Positions 39,677 through 48,699 of a stretch of DNA of 64,000 bases are shown piece by piece; the stretch's first letter is position 1, and the number at the start of each line of letters is the position of its first letter. The notes beneath the pieces are model-generated. The model was not told the origin of the DNA. It searched no databases and saw only the letters and a program-made list of their open reading frames with translations. Source of the DNA: an uncultured candidate division Zixibacteria bacterium (GTDB lineage Bacteria; Zixibacteria; MSB-5A5; UBA10806; 4484-95); NCBI GenBank assembly GCA_963668625.2, contig CAXXKA010000008.1:512001-576000 (forward strand), given 5' to 3'. The position numbers and the translations under genes were made by a program.

Positions 39677-40888
39677 ATGAGTGATTTTTTTCAGAATGGG
39701 ATAGTATCGACTTTTCATCGCCTGAACGCCACCGATTTAGAACGCCTGGAAAATGACCTTCTGGGGTTTTCCACTAAAAAACCGATTACGCTCGTTCTGC
39801 CTTCTCTATACTCAGAGATCCATGGTAAAGGTTTGAAGAAAATCGTACAGGAGCTTAAACATGTTAATTATCTCCGGGAAATCGTGTTGACCCTGGGCCC
39901 CGCCGACAAAGATCAGTTTTACGAGATAAAGAAATTCTTCTCGGAACTTCCCCAGGAGGTAAATATTATCTGGAATAGCGGTTCGCGTGTTAGCGCATTG
40001 TACGAGGAGTTAATAGAAAGCGGTCTCGATCCCGGCCCGGACGGCAAAGGACGCAGCACCTGGATGGCGTACGGCTATATACTGGCTAAGAGGGATAGCG
40101 AAGTCATCGCCCTGCACGATTGCGATATTATCACGTACTCGCGCGAGATGCTGGGTTGGCTTCTATACCCCGTCGCTTCCGACAGGCTCGACTACGAATT
40201 CTGCAAGGGATTCTACAGCCGTATCACAGATAAAATGCATGGCCGAGTTACCCGGTTGTTCGTATCTCCGTTGATCCAGGCGCTGATGAAAGTTGTTGGC
40301 AATCATGATATACTCCGCTATTTCAACAGTTTCCGCTATATACTGGCGGGTGAGTTTTCGATGACAACGGAGCTGGCAAGGATAAACAGGATACCCGCCG
40401 ACTGGGGCCTGGAGGTGGGAGTACTGGCCGAGATTTATCGGAATTGCTCCGTGAACCGTATCTGCCAGGCGGAGCTTTGCGATAATTACGAGCATAAACA
40501 TCAAACACTTTCTGCCGATGACAAAAATAAGGGTTTGAATAAGATGGCGATCGATATTGCCAAATCGATATTCCGAACCCTGGCCAGCGAGGGGGTTATA
40601 TACAACACGGGGTTCTTTAACACCTTAATAACAGCCTATCAACGCGTTGCCGAGGACTTGATAACCAAGTACCGGGGCGATGCCATGATTAACGGCCTCT
40701 TTTATGATAAGCACGAGGAGGAGGTGGCTGTTGGTGTTTTTTCGCAGGCGATAAAACACGCCGCGAATGTTATTCAGGATGATCCTCTAGGGCCGCCGAT
40801 GATACCAAATTGGACAAGGGTATTCTCGGCAATCCCCGACCTGGACCAAAAATTATTGGAGGCGGTAACCCTGGATAACAAGGATTGA
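39677..40888 (+). CDS. Glucosyl-3-phosphoglycerate synthase-like glycosyltransferase (GpgS type)
   Basis: MSDFFQNG N-terminus, LVLPSLYSE, GKG, LHDCDI (DxD), FCKGFY, GRVTRL, LAGEFS, DWGLEVG, YEHKHQ. Confidence 0.8.
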   Translation: MSDFFQNGIVSTFHRLNATDLERLENDLLGFSTKKPITLVLPSLYSEIHGKGLKKIVQELKHVNYLREIVLTLGPADKDQFYEIKKFFSELPQEVNIIWNSGSRVSALYEELIESGLDPGPDGKGRSTWMAYGYILAKRDSEVIALHDCDIITYSREMLGWLLYPVASDRLDYEFCKGFYSRITDKMHGRVTRLFVSPLIQALMKVVGNHDILRYFNSFRYILAGEFSMTTELARINRIPADWGLEVGVLAEIYRNCSVNRICQAELCDNYEHKHQTLSADDKNKGLNKMAIDIAKSIFRTLASEGVIYNTGFFNTLITAYQRVAEDLITKYRGDAMINGLFYDKHEEEVAVGVFSQAIKHAANVIQDDPLGPPMIPNWTRVFSAIPDLDQKLLEAVTLDNKD

Positions 40889-40894
40889 GTCAAA

Positions 40895-42172
40895 ATGAAA
40901 TACTACACCTCGTTGAGACCCTATGTCTCTAAAAGAATCGAGTTAATCGAGAAGGCCGATATATTAGTCGGTATCCCGGCGTACAATAATATGGGAACTG
41001 TCGGGCATGTGATCGAGATGGTATCGAGTGGCCTGTATGATCATTTCAAGGATAAACGGTCGGTGATAATGATCGCAGACGGCGGTTCCACCGATGATAC
41101 CCGTGATGTTTGCGATACCACGCCGATTAAACCCTGGCAGGAGAAACTCGTTACGATATATCGAGGGCCGTCCGGTAAAGGTACCGCCCTGCGTTCGATA
41201 TTCGAGGCCGCCGACCGTCTGAAAGTAAAAGCCTGTATGGTGGTCGATTCGGATTTGCGCAGTATCACCGGCGACTGGGTAAAAAACCTGCTCGATCCGG
41301 TTATTCTCCAGGATTTCGATTTCGTCGCCCCAATATATTGCCGTCACAAATACGATGGCACTATCACCAATAACGTGGTGTACTATCTCACCCGCTCGCT
41401 ATACGGTAAACGCGTCCGTCAACCTATTGGCGGCGATTTCGCCATCTCGCAGCGTATGGCGAATTTCTATATGAACCAGGATGTCTGGGAGACCGATATC
41501 GCCAAGTTCGGCGTGGATATCTGGATGACTACCAGCGCTATCGTTAACGATTTCAAAACCTGTCAGGCTCATCTAGGGGTGAAAGTTCATGATGCAAAAG
41601 ACCCGGCGGTGCATCTGGCGCCAATGTACAGGCAGGTGGTAACTACGCTATTTGCCCTGATGGAACAATACGACAAGCATTGGCGAACAGTCGAAGGCTC
41701 GGAGCCTACTCCTATATTCGGCCAGGACCCGGGAATCGAGCCCGAGCCGATTACGGTGGATGTCAAAGCACTGGTCAGGAAATTCAGGTTCGGCTACAAA
41801 TATTTCGGTGTGCTCTGGCAAAAACTGTTTTCCGAGGGAGTATATGAGGAGATCAAGAAAGCCTCGAAACTTTCGGATGAGGAATTCACATTCGATATAG
41901 AGGTTTGGGCGAAGATATTATTCGAGATTGCCGCCACATTCCATAAATGGGAGCACAACAAATTCAAGCTGGTTGAACTTTCCACACCGTTGTACTATGG
42001 ACGTATCGCGTCGTTTATCAATAAGACGAAGGATTTATCCAGTCTGGAGGCCGAAAAGGTAGTCGAGAAAGATGCTGAAGTATACGAGAAGATGAAACCG
42101 GTACTTCTGGATTTATGGGATAGGCCGCTCGAAAATCATTTCGATACCGATCCGGAGCTTGATGATGTATAA
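40895..42172 (+). CDS. GT2-fold glucosylglycerate/mannosylglycerate synthase (Ggs/Mgs-like)
   Basis: VGIPAYNN, DGGSTDDT, GKGTAL, VDSD, R.KYDGTITN, RQPIGGDF, FGVDIWMT, KVHDAKDP. Confidence 0.75.
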   Translation: MKYYTSLRPYVSKRIELIEKADILVGIPAYNNMGTVGHVIEMVSSGLYDHFKDKRSVIMIADGGSTDDTRDVCDTTPIKPWQEKLVTIYRGPSGKGTALRSIFEAADRLKVKACMVVDSDLRSITGDWVKNLLDPVILQDFDFVAPIYCRHKYDGTITNNVVYYLTRSLYGKRVRQPIGGDFAISQRMANFYMNQDVWETDIAKFGVDIWMTTSAIVNDFKTCQAHLGVKVHDAKDPAVHLAPMYRQVVTTLFALMEQYDKHWRTVEGSEPTPIFGQDPGIEPEPITVDVKALVRKFRFGYKYFGVLWQKLFSEGVYEEIKKASKLSDEEFTFDIEVWAKILFEIAATFHKWEHNKFKLVELSTPLYYGRIASFINKTKDLSSLEAEKVVEKDAEVYEKMKPVLLDLWDRPLENHFDTDPELDDV

Positions 42173-42178
42173 TGAAGC

Positions 42179-42997
42179 ATGGGAAATTTTAAATACGTAA
42201 TCTTTACCGATCTGGACGGCACTCTTCTGGATAAAAAGACATTTCATCCTGGATCGGCGCTAAATACTCTTCAACGATGCTATCAATCAGATATACCCGT
42301 TATATTCGTTTCTGCTAAAACTCGAGTAGAGATAGAGTCGATACGCAGCGAATTAGATAATTTCCACCCGTTCGTCTCGGAAAACGGCGGCGGACTATAT
42401 ATCCCCGATAACTTATTCGATCGACCGGCTGGGTTTTCCCACGTTGGACAATATTGGGTAAGATGTGCCTCGGAGACCATAGCCGAATTGCGGCGGGCGT
42501 TGAAAGAGATTGCCGATGACCTGAGTATCGATATCAGGAATTTCAGTGATATGCATCCGGTCGAGATCGCTGCAATCACCGGTCTCGATCATATCAGGGC
42601 GAAACTTGCAGGACAGCGCGAATTCGATGAGCCTTTTCAAATAGTAGATGAGACTCCGGAGAAGATCGAAGCGGTTATAGCGCAAATCGTCAATCGTGGC
42701 TACCGTCACACCGAGGGCGGGATACTTCATCATATAACAGGTAATTTCAACAAAGGCGAGACGCTCGAGAACCTCAAACATCTATACGAAAATGACAATC
42801 CGAGCGTGAAATTTATCGGGTTGGGGGACGCTTTCAATGATATTCCCATGCTGAAAATCGTAGATCACCCGTTTCTCGTGCGCAAAAATGATGGTAGCGT
42901 TGAGCAAGTGGATGGTCTTGACAAGCTTAAGGTTACCTCGGGTATTGGCCCGGATGGTTTTGTTGAAGCGATTGAGCCGTTTTTGGGGAATAGCTGA
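42179..42997 (+). CDS. Mannosyl/glucosyl-3-phosphoglycerate phosphatase (HAD IIB, MpgP/GpgP)
   Basis: IFTDLDGTLL, SAKT..E, ENGG, REFDEPF, KG, LGDAFNDIPML. Confidence 0.88.
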   Translation: MGNFKYVIFTDLDGTLLDKKTFHPGSALNTLQRCYQSDIPVIFVSAKTRVEIESIRSELDNFHPFVSENGGGLYIPDNLFDRPAGFSHVGQYWVRCASETIAELRRALKEIADDLSIDIRNFSDMHPVEIAAITGLDHIRAKLAGQREFDEPFQIVDETPEKIEAVIAQIVNRGYRHTEGGILHHITGNFNKGETLENLKHLYENDNPSVKFIGLGDAFNDIPMLKIVDHPFLVRKNDGSVEQVDGLDKLKVTSGIGPDGFVEAIEPFLGNS

Positions 42998-43129
42998 TTT
43001 CGATAACTCACGAATAAGCTTCTCGTCACACATTATGTATCATATTTCCCTTTTTTGTTTTGTGATTGATCTTAAAATGTATATACTGACTTATTATATT
43101 GTTAAAAAAGGAGATGGTACGATAAAAGC

Positions 43130-43345
43130 ATCTTGCTAATCTATTCTGTTGGTGTTAGAGCTTCGGTAATGAATTTCTAACTGGAGCGGATAGGTTATAG
43201 GCTGAACTGAATGCTTGAGGCCAGACCTCGTAAAGGAGATTAATCAGACCTGTAACCGAATTGCCACCATAAGGCAAAGACCTTGAATAGGAGTTTGGTA
43301 GGCGCCGACAGAGAGTCTGCTCCAGTGATAACCATAGAATGGAGC
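43130..43345 (+). ncRNA. Predicted IS110 bridge RNA in the left non-coding end
   Basis: Nested stems CTGGAGCGGA/TCTGCTCCAG and GGTTATAGG/CCTGTAACC; two internal-loop hairpins carrying AAAGGAG (43232-43238) and ACCAT + ATAGGAG (43266-43270, 43287-43293); RNA boundaries approximate. Confidence 0.7.
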
Positions 43346-43351
43346 AAGAAG

Positions 43352-44365
43352 ATGAGGTACTTAGGAGTAGACCTTCACACAAACAGTTTGACCGTGTGTT
43401 ACCTGACAGCCGGTGGTCGGGAGAGGATCAAGGAGTATCGGCTAAAGGATCTAAAGGAATTTAAACGAGGATTAAAAAAGACGGATTGTGTAGCGGTTGA
43501 GGCCACTGGCAACACTCGTTATTTCGTTGATGAGATATCGCATTTGGTCAAGCGAGTTGTTGTCGTCGATCCGAACAAATTTGAGATAATCAAATCATCA
43601 GTCAGTAAGACGGATGAAAACGATGCCAGGAACTTAGCCTATTTTATGAGCAAAGACATGTTGCCGAAAGCCCGATTAAAGACGAAAGATAAAGCGCAGA
43701 TCAGTTCACTTGTTGGGACACGGGACAAGCTGGTCAAGTTACGTACAGCTTTGAAGAATAAAATACACAACATACTCAATCATCATGGTATCAAGAGTAA
43801 AAAGGAGGCCTACTCCAGCAACAAGAGTTTGGAGCGGGTTCTAAAGATGAATTTTGATGAGGTTGTTTCTGTTGAGCTTGAGGTATTGGTTGATCAGATT
43901 CGCAGTTTGAATGAGGGGATAAAAAAGCTGGACAAACAGATAGAGGATCAGGGTCGCAAGTTGAACGGGCATAAGAACCTGACCAGCATCAAAGGAATCG
44001 GCAGCAAATCAGCTACAGTGTTGCTTTCGGTAATTGGTGATGTTGCTGATTTTTCGGACAAAGATAAATTGGCCTCATATTTTGGCGTAGTGCCGCGAGT
44101 TTCCAATTCAAACGAGATTCAGCATCATGGTCGGATTACCAAGCGTGGTTCTAAGATTGGTCGGACTACACTGGTGCAGTGTACGCTTGTTGCCATACGA
44201 TATAACCATTACTTGAGTAAATATTACAATCGTATAAAAAACCGTCGTGGCAGCGGTAAGGCTATCATTGCCACAGCCAGAAAATTACTGGGAATAATCT
44301 ATGACACCTTGAAAAATAATTGGGTGTTTGAAGATTTCCCTAACTTTGTGTTAGCAAACAGATAA
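43352..44365 (+). CDS. IS110-family DEDD recombinase/transposase
   Basis: YLGVDLH, VEATG, KTDENDA (RuvC-like DEDD); SIKGIG, LASYFGVVP.VSNSN (Tnp domain), GRITKRG, AIIATARKL; ATG at 43352 after GGAG. Confidence 0.95.
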   Translation: MRYLGVDLHTNSLTVCYLTAGGRERIKEYRLKDLKEFKRGLKKTDCVAVEATGNTRYFVDEISHLVKRVVVVDPNKFEIIKSSVSKTDENDARNLAYFMSKDMLPKARLKTKDKAQISSLVGTRDKLVKLRTALKNKIHNILNHHGIKSKKEAYSSNKSLERVLKMNFDEVVSVELEVLVDQIRSLNEGIKKLDKQIEDQGRKLNGHKNLTSIKGIGSKSATVLLSVIGDVADFSDKDKLASYFGVVPRVSNSNEIQHHGRITKRGSKIGRTTLVQCTLVAIRYNHYLSKYYNRIKNRRGSGKAIIATARKLLGIIYDTLKNNWVFEDFPNFVLANR

Positions 44366-44404
44366 CTGAAATTTGGAGTAGACTTTTATCATAGGAGTAA
44401 AATA

Positions 44405-45922
44405 ATGTCGGAAAAAGCTAAAAACGCGCTCGATGAATTAACCCGGGAAATTAAACAGATCAGCCTACTCGGTTCATGCTCGGCTTTGCTGGGATGGGAT
44501 GAACGTGCTTATATGCCGAGAAACGGCGCAGGTCATCGTGCGGAGCAGCACTCCCTGATAGCTGGGATGGCACATGAAAAATTCACCTCCTCGAAGATCG
44601 GCGATTTGTTGGGTGAAGTGGAAAACAGTGATTTAATCAGCGATCCGTTGTCAATCGCCGCGGTTAATGTTCGTGAAATCAGGCGAGCCTACGATAAAAA
44701 AGTGAAATTACCGAGAGATTTGGTCGAGCAGATCAGTAAAACCACTACGCTTTCGGAACATGCATGGGTGAATGCTCGCAAAAATTCCGATTTCACCGGT
44801 TTCGCGCCCTGGCTTTCCAAAATGATGGACCTTCGCATGCAAGAGGCCGAGGCGGTTGGATATAGTAATGAGCCATACGACGCTCTTCTGGATGATTACG
44901 AGCCGGGCGAGACCGCCGAAAATATCGCGAGCGTATTCGAAAACCTCAGAAAGGATTTGGTACCGTTGGTGGACGCCATAGCCAATGCCCCTAAAAAACC
45001 GGATGTCACCATACTCGAACGTGATTATCCGGTTGATTTGCAGAAGGTATTCGGGAAATCCGCCTCAGCCGCGATCGGTTTCGATTTTAACGGTGGCCGC
45101 CTCGATGTTACCACTCATCCGTTTTGCACCACTATCGGCGTGGGCGATATCAGGATATTGACTCGCTATAATCCCAACCACCTGGGGCAGGCTTTCTTCG
45201 GTACGCTTCACGAAAGCGGCCATGGCCTGTACGAGCAAGGCATGAATCCCGATCATTTCGGTACACCTATGGGAGAGACCATTTCGCTGGGTATACATGA
45301 ATCACAGTCGCGGTTGTGGGAAAATATCGTCGGCCGCTCCCGATCGTTCTGGCAGTATTTCTTCCCCCGTGCTCGCCAGGTCTTCTGGGATTCCTTAAAC
45401 GATGTCAGCCTGGATGATTTCTATTTCGCGGTTAACGATGTTCGTCCGTCTCTGGTGAGGGTCGAGGCCGATGAGGCTACCTACAACCTTCATATACTAA
45501 TCCGGTTCGAAATCGAGCACGCGATATTCAAGAAAGAGCTGAAAATCGAGGATATCCCCGGTATCTGGAACGAGAAATTCAAGAAGTACCTGGGTATCAC
45601 TCCCCCTGATGACGCCAACGGTTGTTTGCAGGATGTCCACTGGGCGGCTGGTTTGATCGGCTATTTCCCTACGTATACGCTGGGAAACCTCTATTCGGCC
45701 CAATTCTTCGCCAAAGCCCAAAAAGACCTTGGCAATCTTGACGAGCAGTTCGCAATGGGCAAATTCGATAGCTTGCTGGGCTGGCTGAGAGAGAATATAC
45801 ACAGCCACGGGCAGAGATACCGGGCGGAGGAGCTGGTTAAAAAAGTCACCGGCGAGCCTCTTTCTCATAGGTACCTGATCGATTATCTTAGGGAAAAATA
45901 TTCCCCTCTTTACGGTATCTAG
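44405..45922 (+). CDS. Carboxypeptidase M32 (Taq family)
   Basis: LLGWD...MP, YDALLDDYEPG, HPF, HESGH (HEXXH), HESQS, RVEADE, QDVHW, GYFPTY.LG. Confidence 0.95.
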   Translation: MSEKAKNALDELTREIKQISLLGSCSALLGWDERAYMPRNGAGHRAEQHSLIAGMAHEKFTSSKIGDLLGEVENSDLISDPLSIAAVNVREIRRAYDKKVKLPRDLVEQISKTTTLSEHAWVNARKNSDFTGFAPWLSKMMDLRMQEAEAVGYSNEPYDALLDDYEPGETAENIASVFENLRKDLVPLVDAIANAPKKPDVTILERDYPVDLQKVFGKSASAAIGFDFNGGRLDVTTHPFCTTIGVGDIRILTRYNPNHLGQAFFGTLHESGHGLYEQGMNPDHFGTPMGETISLGIHESQSRLWENIVGRSRSFWQYFFPRARQVFWDSLNDVSLDDFYFAVNDVRPSLVRVEADEATYNLHILIRFEIEHAIFKKELKIEDIPGIWNEKFKKYLGITPPDDANGCLQDVHWAAGLIGYFPTYTLGNLYSAQFFAKAQKDLGNLDEQFAMGKFDSLLGWLRENIHSHGQRYRAEELVKKVTGEPLSHRYLIDYLREKYSPLYGI

Positions 45923-45946
45923 AGGGTACGATACGGTCATAATTCT

Positions 45947-45975
45947 CGGTCGGGCGTCTGCCCGACCGTTTTTTA
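45947..45975 (+). terminator. Rho-independent terminator
   Basis: CGGTCGGGC-GTCT-GCCCGACCG followed by TTTTTT. Confidence 0.85.
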
Positions 45976-46190
45976 TTGGGAAAAACCGGCCTGAAGGGGG
46001 AAATAAAATCAAAAAAAGTGATGTTTTTTTTATTTTACATGTAATTTTTGTTTGATATTTATAAAATTTATCTCCTATAATTTTCATAAGAGCCGAAAGA
46101 CATATCAGTTATCTCAGCCTGGCGGCTTTAGACCCATGAAAATTGAAGACGTTTTGAATAACTAAACAACATCTAACAAGCGAGGAAAAC

Positions 46191-46724
46191 ATGCCGGCAA
46201 AAAAGAAAGCGGCAAAGAAGAAAGTCGCGAAGAAGAAAACGGCAAAGAAAAAAGTAGCTAAAAAGAAAGTTGCTAAGAAGAAAGTAACCAAGAAAAAAGT
46301 AACTAAGAAGAAAGCTACCAAGAAAAAAGTCGCGAAGAAAAAAGTAGCCAAAAAGAAAGTAACCAAGAAAAAAGCCACTAAGAAAAAAGTAGCCAAAAAG
46401 AAAGTTGCTAAGAAAAAAGTAGCCAAGAAGAAAACAACCAAGAAGAAAGCTACCAAGAAAAAAGCCAAACGTAAACCGAATCCGGCTTTCATGGCTCCCT
46501 GGAATATTTCCGAGACACTGGCCGCGGTCGTTGGAAGCAAGCCGCTTCCGAGAACCGAGATCACCAAGAAGCTATGGGGTTATATCAAGAAGAACAAACT
46601 TCAGGATAAAGTACAGAAGACCATGATCAATGCTGATGATGTTCTGAAAAAAGTATTCGGCGGCAAAGCCAAGGTCAGCATGTTCGAAATGACCAAGCTG
46701 ATTTCCAAGCATCTTTCGAAATAA
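46191..46724 (+). CDS. Histone H1-like Lys-rich repeat protein fused to a SWIB/MDM2 domain
   Basis: About 17 KKK(V/A/T)(A/T) pentapeptides (15-bp tandem repeat), then RKPNPAFM.P...[28 protein letters not shown]...INAD..LKKVFGG...[14 protein letters not shown]. Confidence 0.9.
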   Translation: MPAKKKAAKKKVAKKKTAKKKVAKKKVAKKKVTKKKVTKKKATKKKVAKKKVAKKKVTKKKATKKKVAKKKVAKKKVAKKKTTKKKATKKKAKRKPNPAFMAPWNISETLAAVVGSKPLPRTEITKKLWGYIKKNKLQDKVQKTMINADDVLKKVFGGKAKVSMFEMTKLISKHLSK

Positions 46725-46746
46725 ATCATCTGGTTATGAGCAGATT

Positions 46747-46777
46747 AGGCCGGGTTGAATCGATCCGGCCTTTTTTA
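46747..46777 (+). terminator. Rho-independent terminator
   Basis: AGGCCGGGT...ATCCGGCCT followed by TTTTTT. Confidence 0.8.
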
Positions 46778-46942
46778 TTATCAAATATGTTAGTCTAATT
46801 TAACAATCCGTAACTCGAATATTAAAATATGATGAAATCACGAGTAAAAAGTATTGGAATATACGTAATCTGTCGAACTATATTCGTAATGATTTCGTTA
46901 AAGCAAATGAATTAAATCGAACATAAAACTCAGGAGGGATAA

Positions 46943-48538
46943 ATGAACGGTACTGCTGAATTCGAATGCGGCCTGGACGAGTATGGGTTATCCAATATAG
47001 GACGACTGTTTTGCAATTACAATACGCCGCTTTTGTATGAGGAAATAATCAAACGCCGCGAGGGACAGATTGCCCATTTGGGGCCGATCGTCGTTCGCAC
47101 GGGCCAACACACCGGCCGAGCCGCTAAAGATAAATTCATCGTCGAGGAAAGCTCCAGCAAAGATAAAGTATGGTGGGGAAAGGTTAATATACCTTTCAAA
47201 CAGGAGAATTTCGATAGGCTTTACGCTCGCTTGATGGCATACCTTCAGGGAAAAGACTTGTTCGTGCAGGACTGCTATGCCGGCGCGGATGAGAAATACC
47301 GCATTCCGATAAGGGTGATAACCGAGACAGCCTGGCATAGCCTTTTCGCCAGGAATATGTTCATTCGCGCTCCACGAGGCAAAATCGAGGATCACAAACC
47401 GGAGTTCACCGTTATCCAGGCGCCAAATTTCATGGCTTTACCCTCCATGGATGGTACCCACTCGGAAACTTTCGTGATTCTCAATATCGAAAAACGCATT
47501 GTCATAATCGGTGGTACGAGCTATGCCGGTGAGATCAAGAAATCGGTGTTCACTTTCATGAACTACCTTCTGCCGCTGGAAAAGACTATGACCATGCACT
47601 GCTCCGCCAATATCGGCAAGGGCGGGGATGTCGCTTTGTTCTTTGGTTTATCCGGTACCGGAAAGACTACCCTGTCGGCTGACCCCGAGAGAAGCCTTAT
47701 CGGTGATGACGAGCATGGCTGGAGCGATAGCGGCGTGTTCAATTTCGAGGGCGGATGTTATGCCAAGGTTATCAAGCTTTCCGAGGAGGCCGAACCCGAA
47801 ATCTACCGGACTACCCGCAAGTTCGGCACCATACTTGAAAACGTGGCGATTAACTCCTGGAGCCGTCGCCTCGATTTGGACGATGACAACCTTACCGAAA
47901 ACACCCGGGCGGCTTATCCGCTTACCCATATACCCGACGTTTTTACCGGCACGAATGCCGGCCATCCCAAAAACATCATCATGCTCACCGCCGATGCTTT
48001 CGGGATCATGCCGCCTATCGCCAAACTCACGCCGGTGCAGGCGATGTACCATTTCATGTCCGGTTACACCGCCAAGCTGGCGGGTACCGAAAAAGGTGTC
48101 ACCGAACCGAAAGCTACATTCTCGGCCTGTTTCGGCGCGCCATTCATGGTACATCACCCATACACTTATGCTAAACTCCTGGATGAGAAAATCAGAGCTC
48201 ATAAAGCTAACTGCTGGTTGGTGAATACCGGCTGGACAGGCGGCCCTTATGGACAGGGCAACAGATTTAAAATCGCCTATACTCGGGCGATGGTGAAAGC
48301 CGCTCTTTCGGGCGCACTGGATAGTGTCGAAATGGAAACCGATCCGGTTTTCGGCTTATCGATTCCGAAATCGTGCCCCGATGTGCCCTCTGAGGTGTTG
48401 AAGCAGAAAAATACCTGGGCCGATAAAGCGGCTTATGATGCCAAAGCGAAAGAGCTGGCAGGGATGTTTATCGAAAATTTCAAGCAGTTCGAGGATGAAG
48501 CCCCCGAGGAGGTAAAGAAAGCCGGGCCGAAAATATAA
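46943..48538 (+). CDS. pckA: Phosphoenolpyruvate carboxykinase (ATP)
   Basis: TGRAAKDKF, YAGEIKKS, MHCSAN, GLSGTGKTTLS, LIGDDEHGW, FEGGCYAK, ENTRAAYP, FSACFGAPF. Confidence 0.98.
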   Translation: MNGTAEFECGLDEYGLSNIGRLFCNYNTPLLYEEIIKRREGQIAHLGPIVVRTGQHTGRAAKDKFIVEESSSKDKVWWGKVNIPFKQENFDRLYARLMAYLQGKDLFVQDCYAGADEKYRIPIRVITETAWHSLFARNMFIRAPRGKIEDHKPEFTVIQAPNFMALPSMDGTHSETFVILNIEKRIVIIGGTSYAGEIKKSVFTFMNYLLPLEKTMTMHCSANIGKGGDVALFFGLSGTGKTTLSADPERSLIGDDEHGWSDSGVFNFEGGCYAKVIKLSEEAEPEIYRTTRKFGTILENVAINSWSRRLDLDDDNLTENTRAAYPLTHIPDVFTGTNAGHPKNIIMLTADAFGIMPPIAKLTPVQAMYHFMSGYTAKLAGTEKGVTEPKATFSACFGAPFMVHHPYTYAKLLDEKIRAHKANCWLVNTGWTGGPYGQGNRFKIAYTRAMVKAALSGALDSVEMETDPVFGLSIPKSCPDVPSEVLKQKNTWADKAAYDAKAKELAGMFIENFKQFEDEAPEEVKKAGPKI

Positions 48539-48699
48539 CGAATCGAACGAAAATATCCATGTCGGCTGTCAGCCGGCTTGGAAATATTATAGACAGTTTT
48601 AATCGCAGCCAGATGAATAGTCACAAACCGGTTGTTAGTTCAGCCGGTTTGTGATAATATCTCCCCGGGAATTGAACTATAAATCACGAGGTGAACAGA

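Larger units (their letters stand above)
43109..44397 (+). mobile_element. IS110-family insertion sequence, apparently complete, inserted at an AGGAG core
   Basis: AGGAG at both ends (43109-43113, 44393-44397); sub-terminal inverted repeats GATAAAAG (43121-43128) / CTTTTATC (44383-44390); the predicted circle junction creates TAGACT-N17-TACGAT. Confidence 0.85.

Noticed and set aside
46109-46567. 152-aa Phe-rich ORF on the minus strand
   Set aside because: Antisense shadow of the Lys-rich repeat (AAA/AAG read as TTT/CTT).
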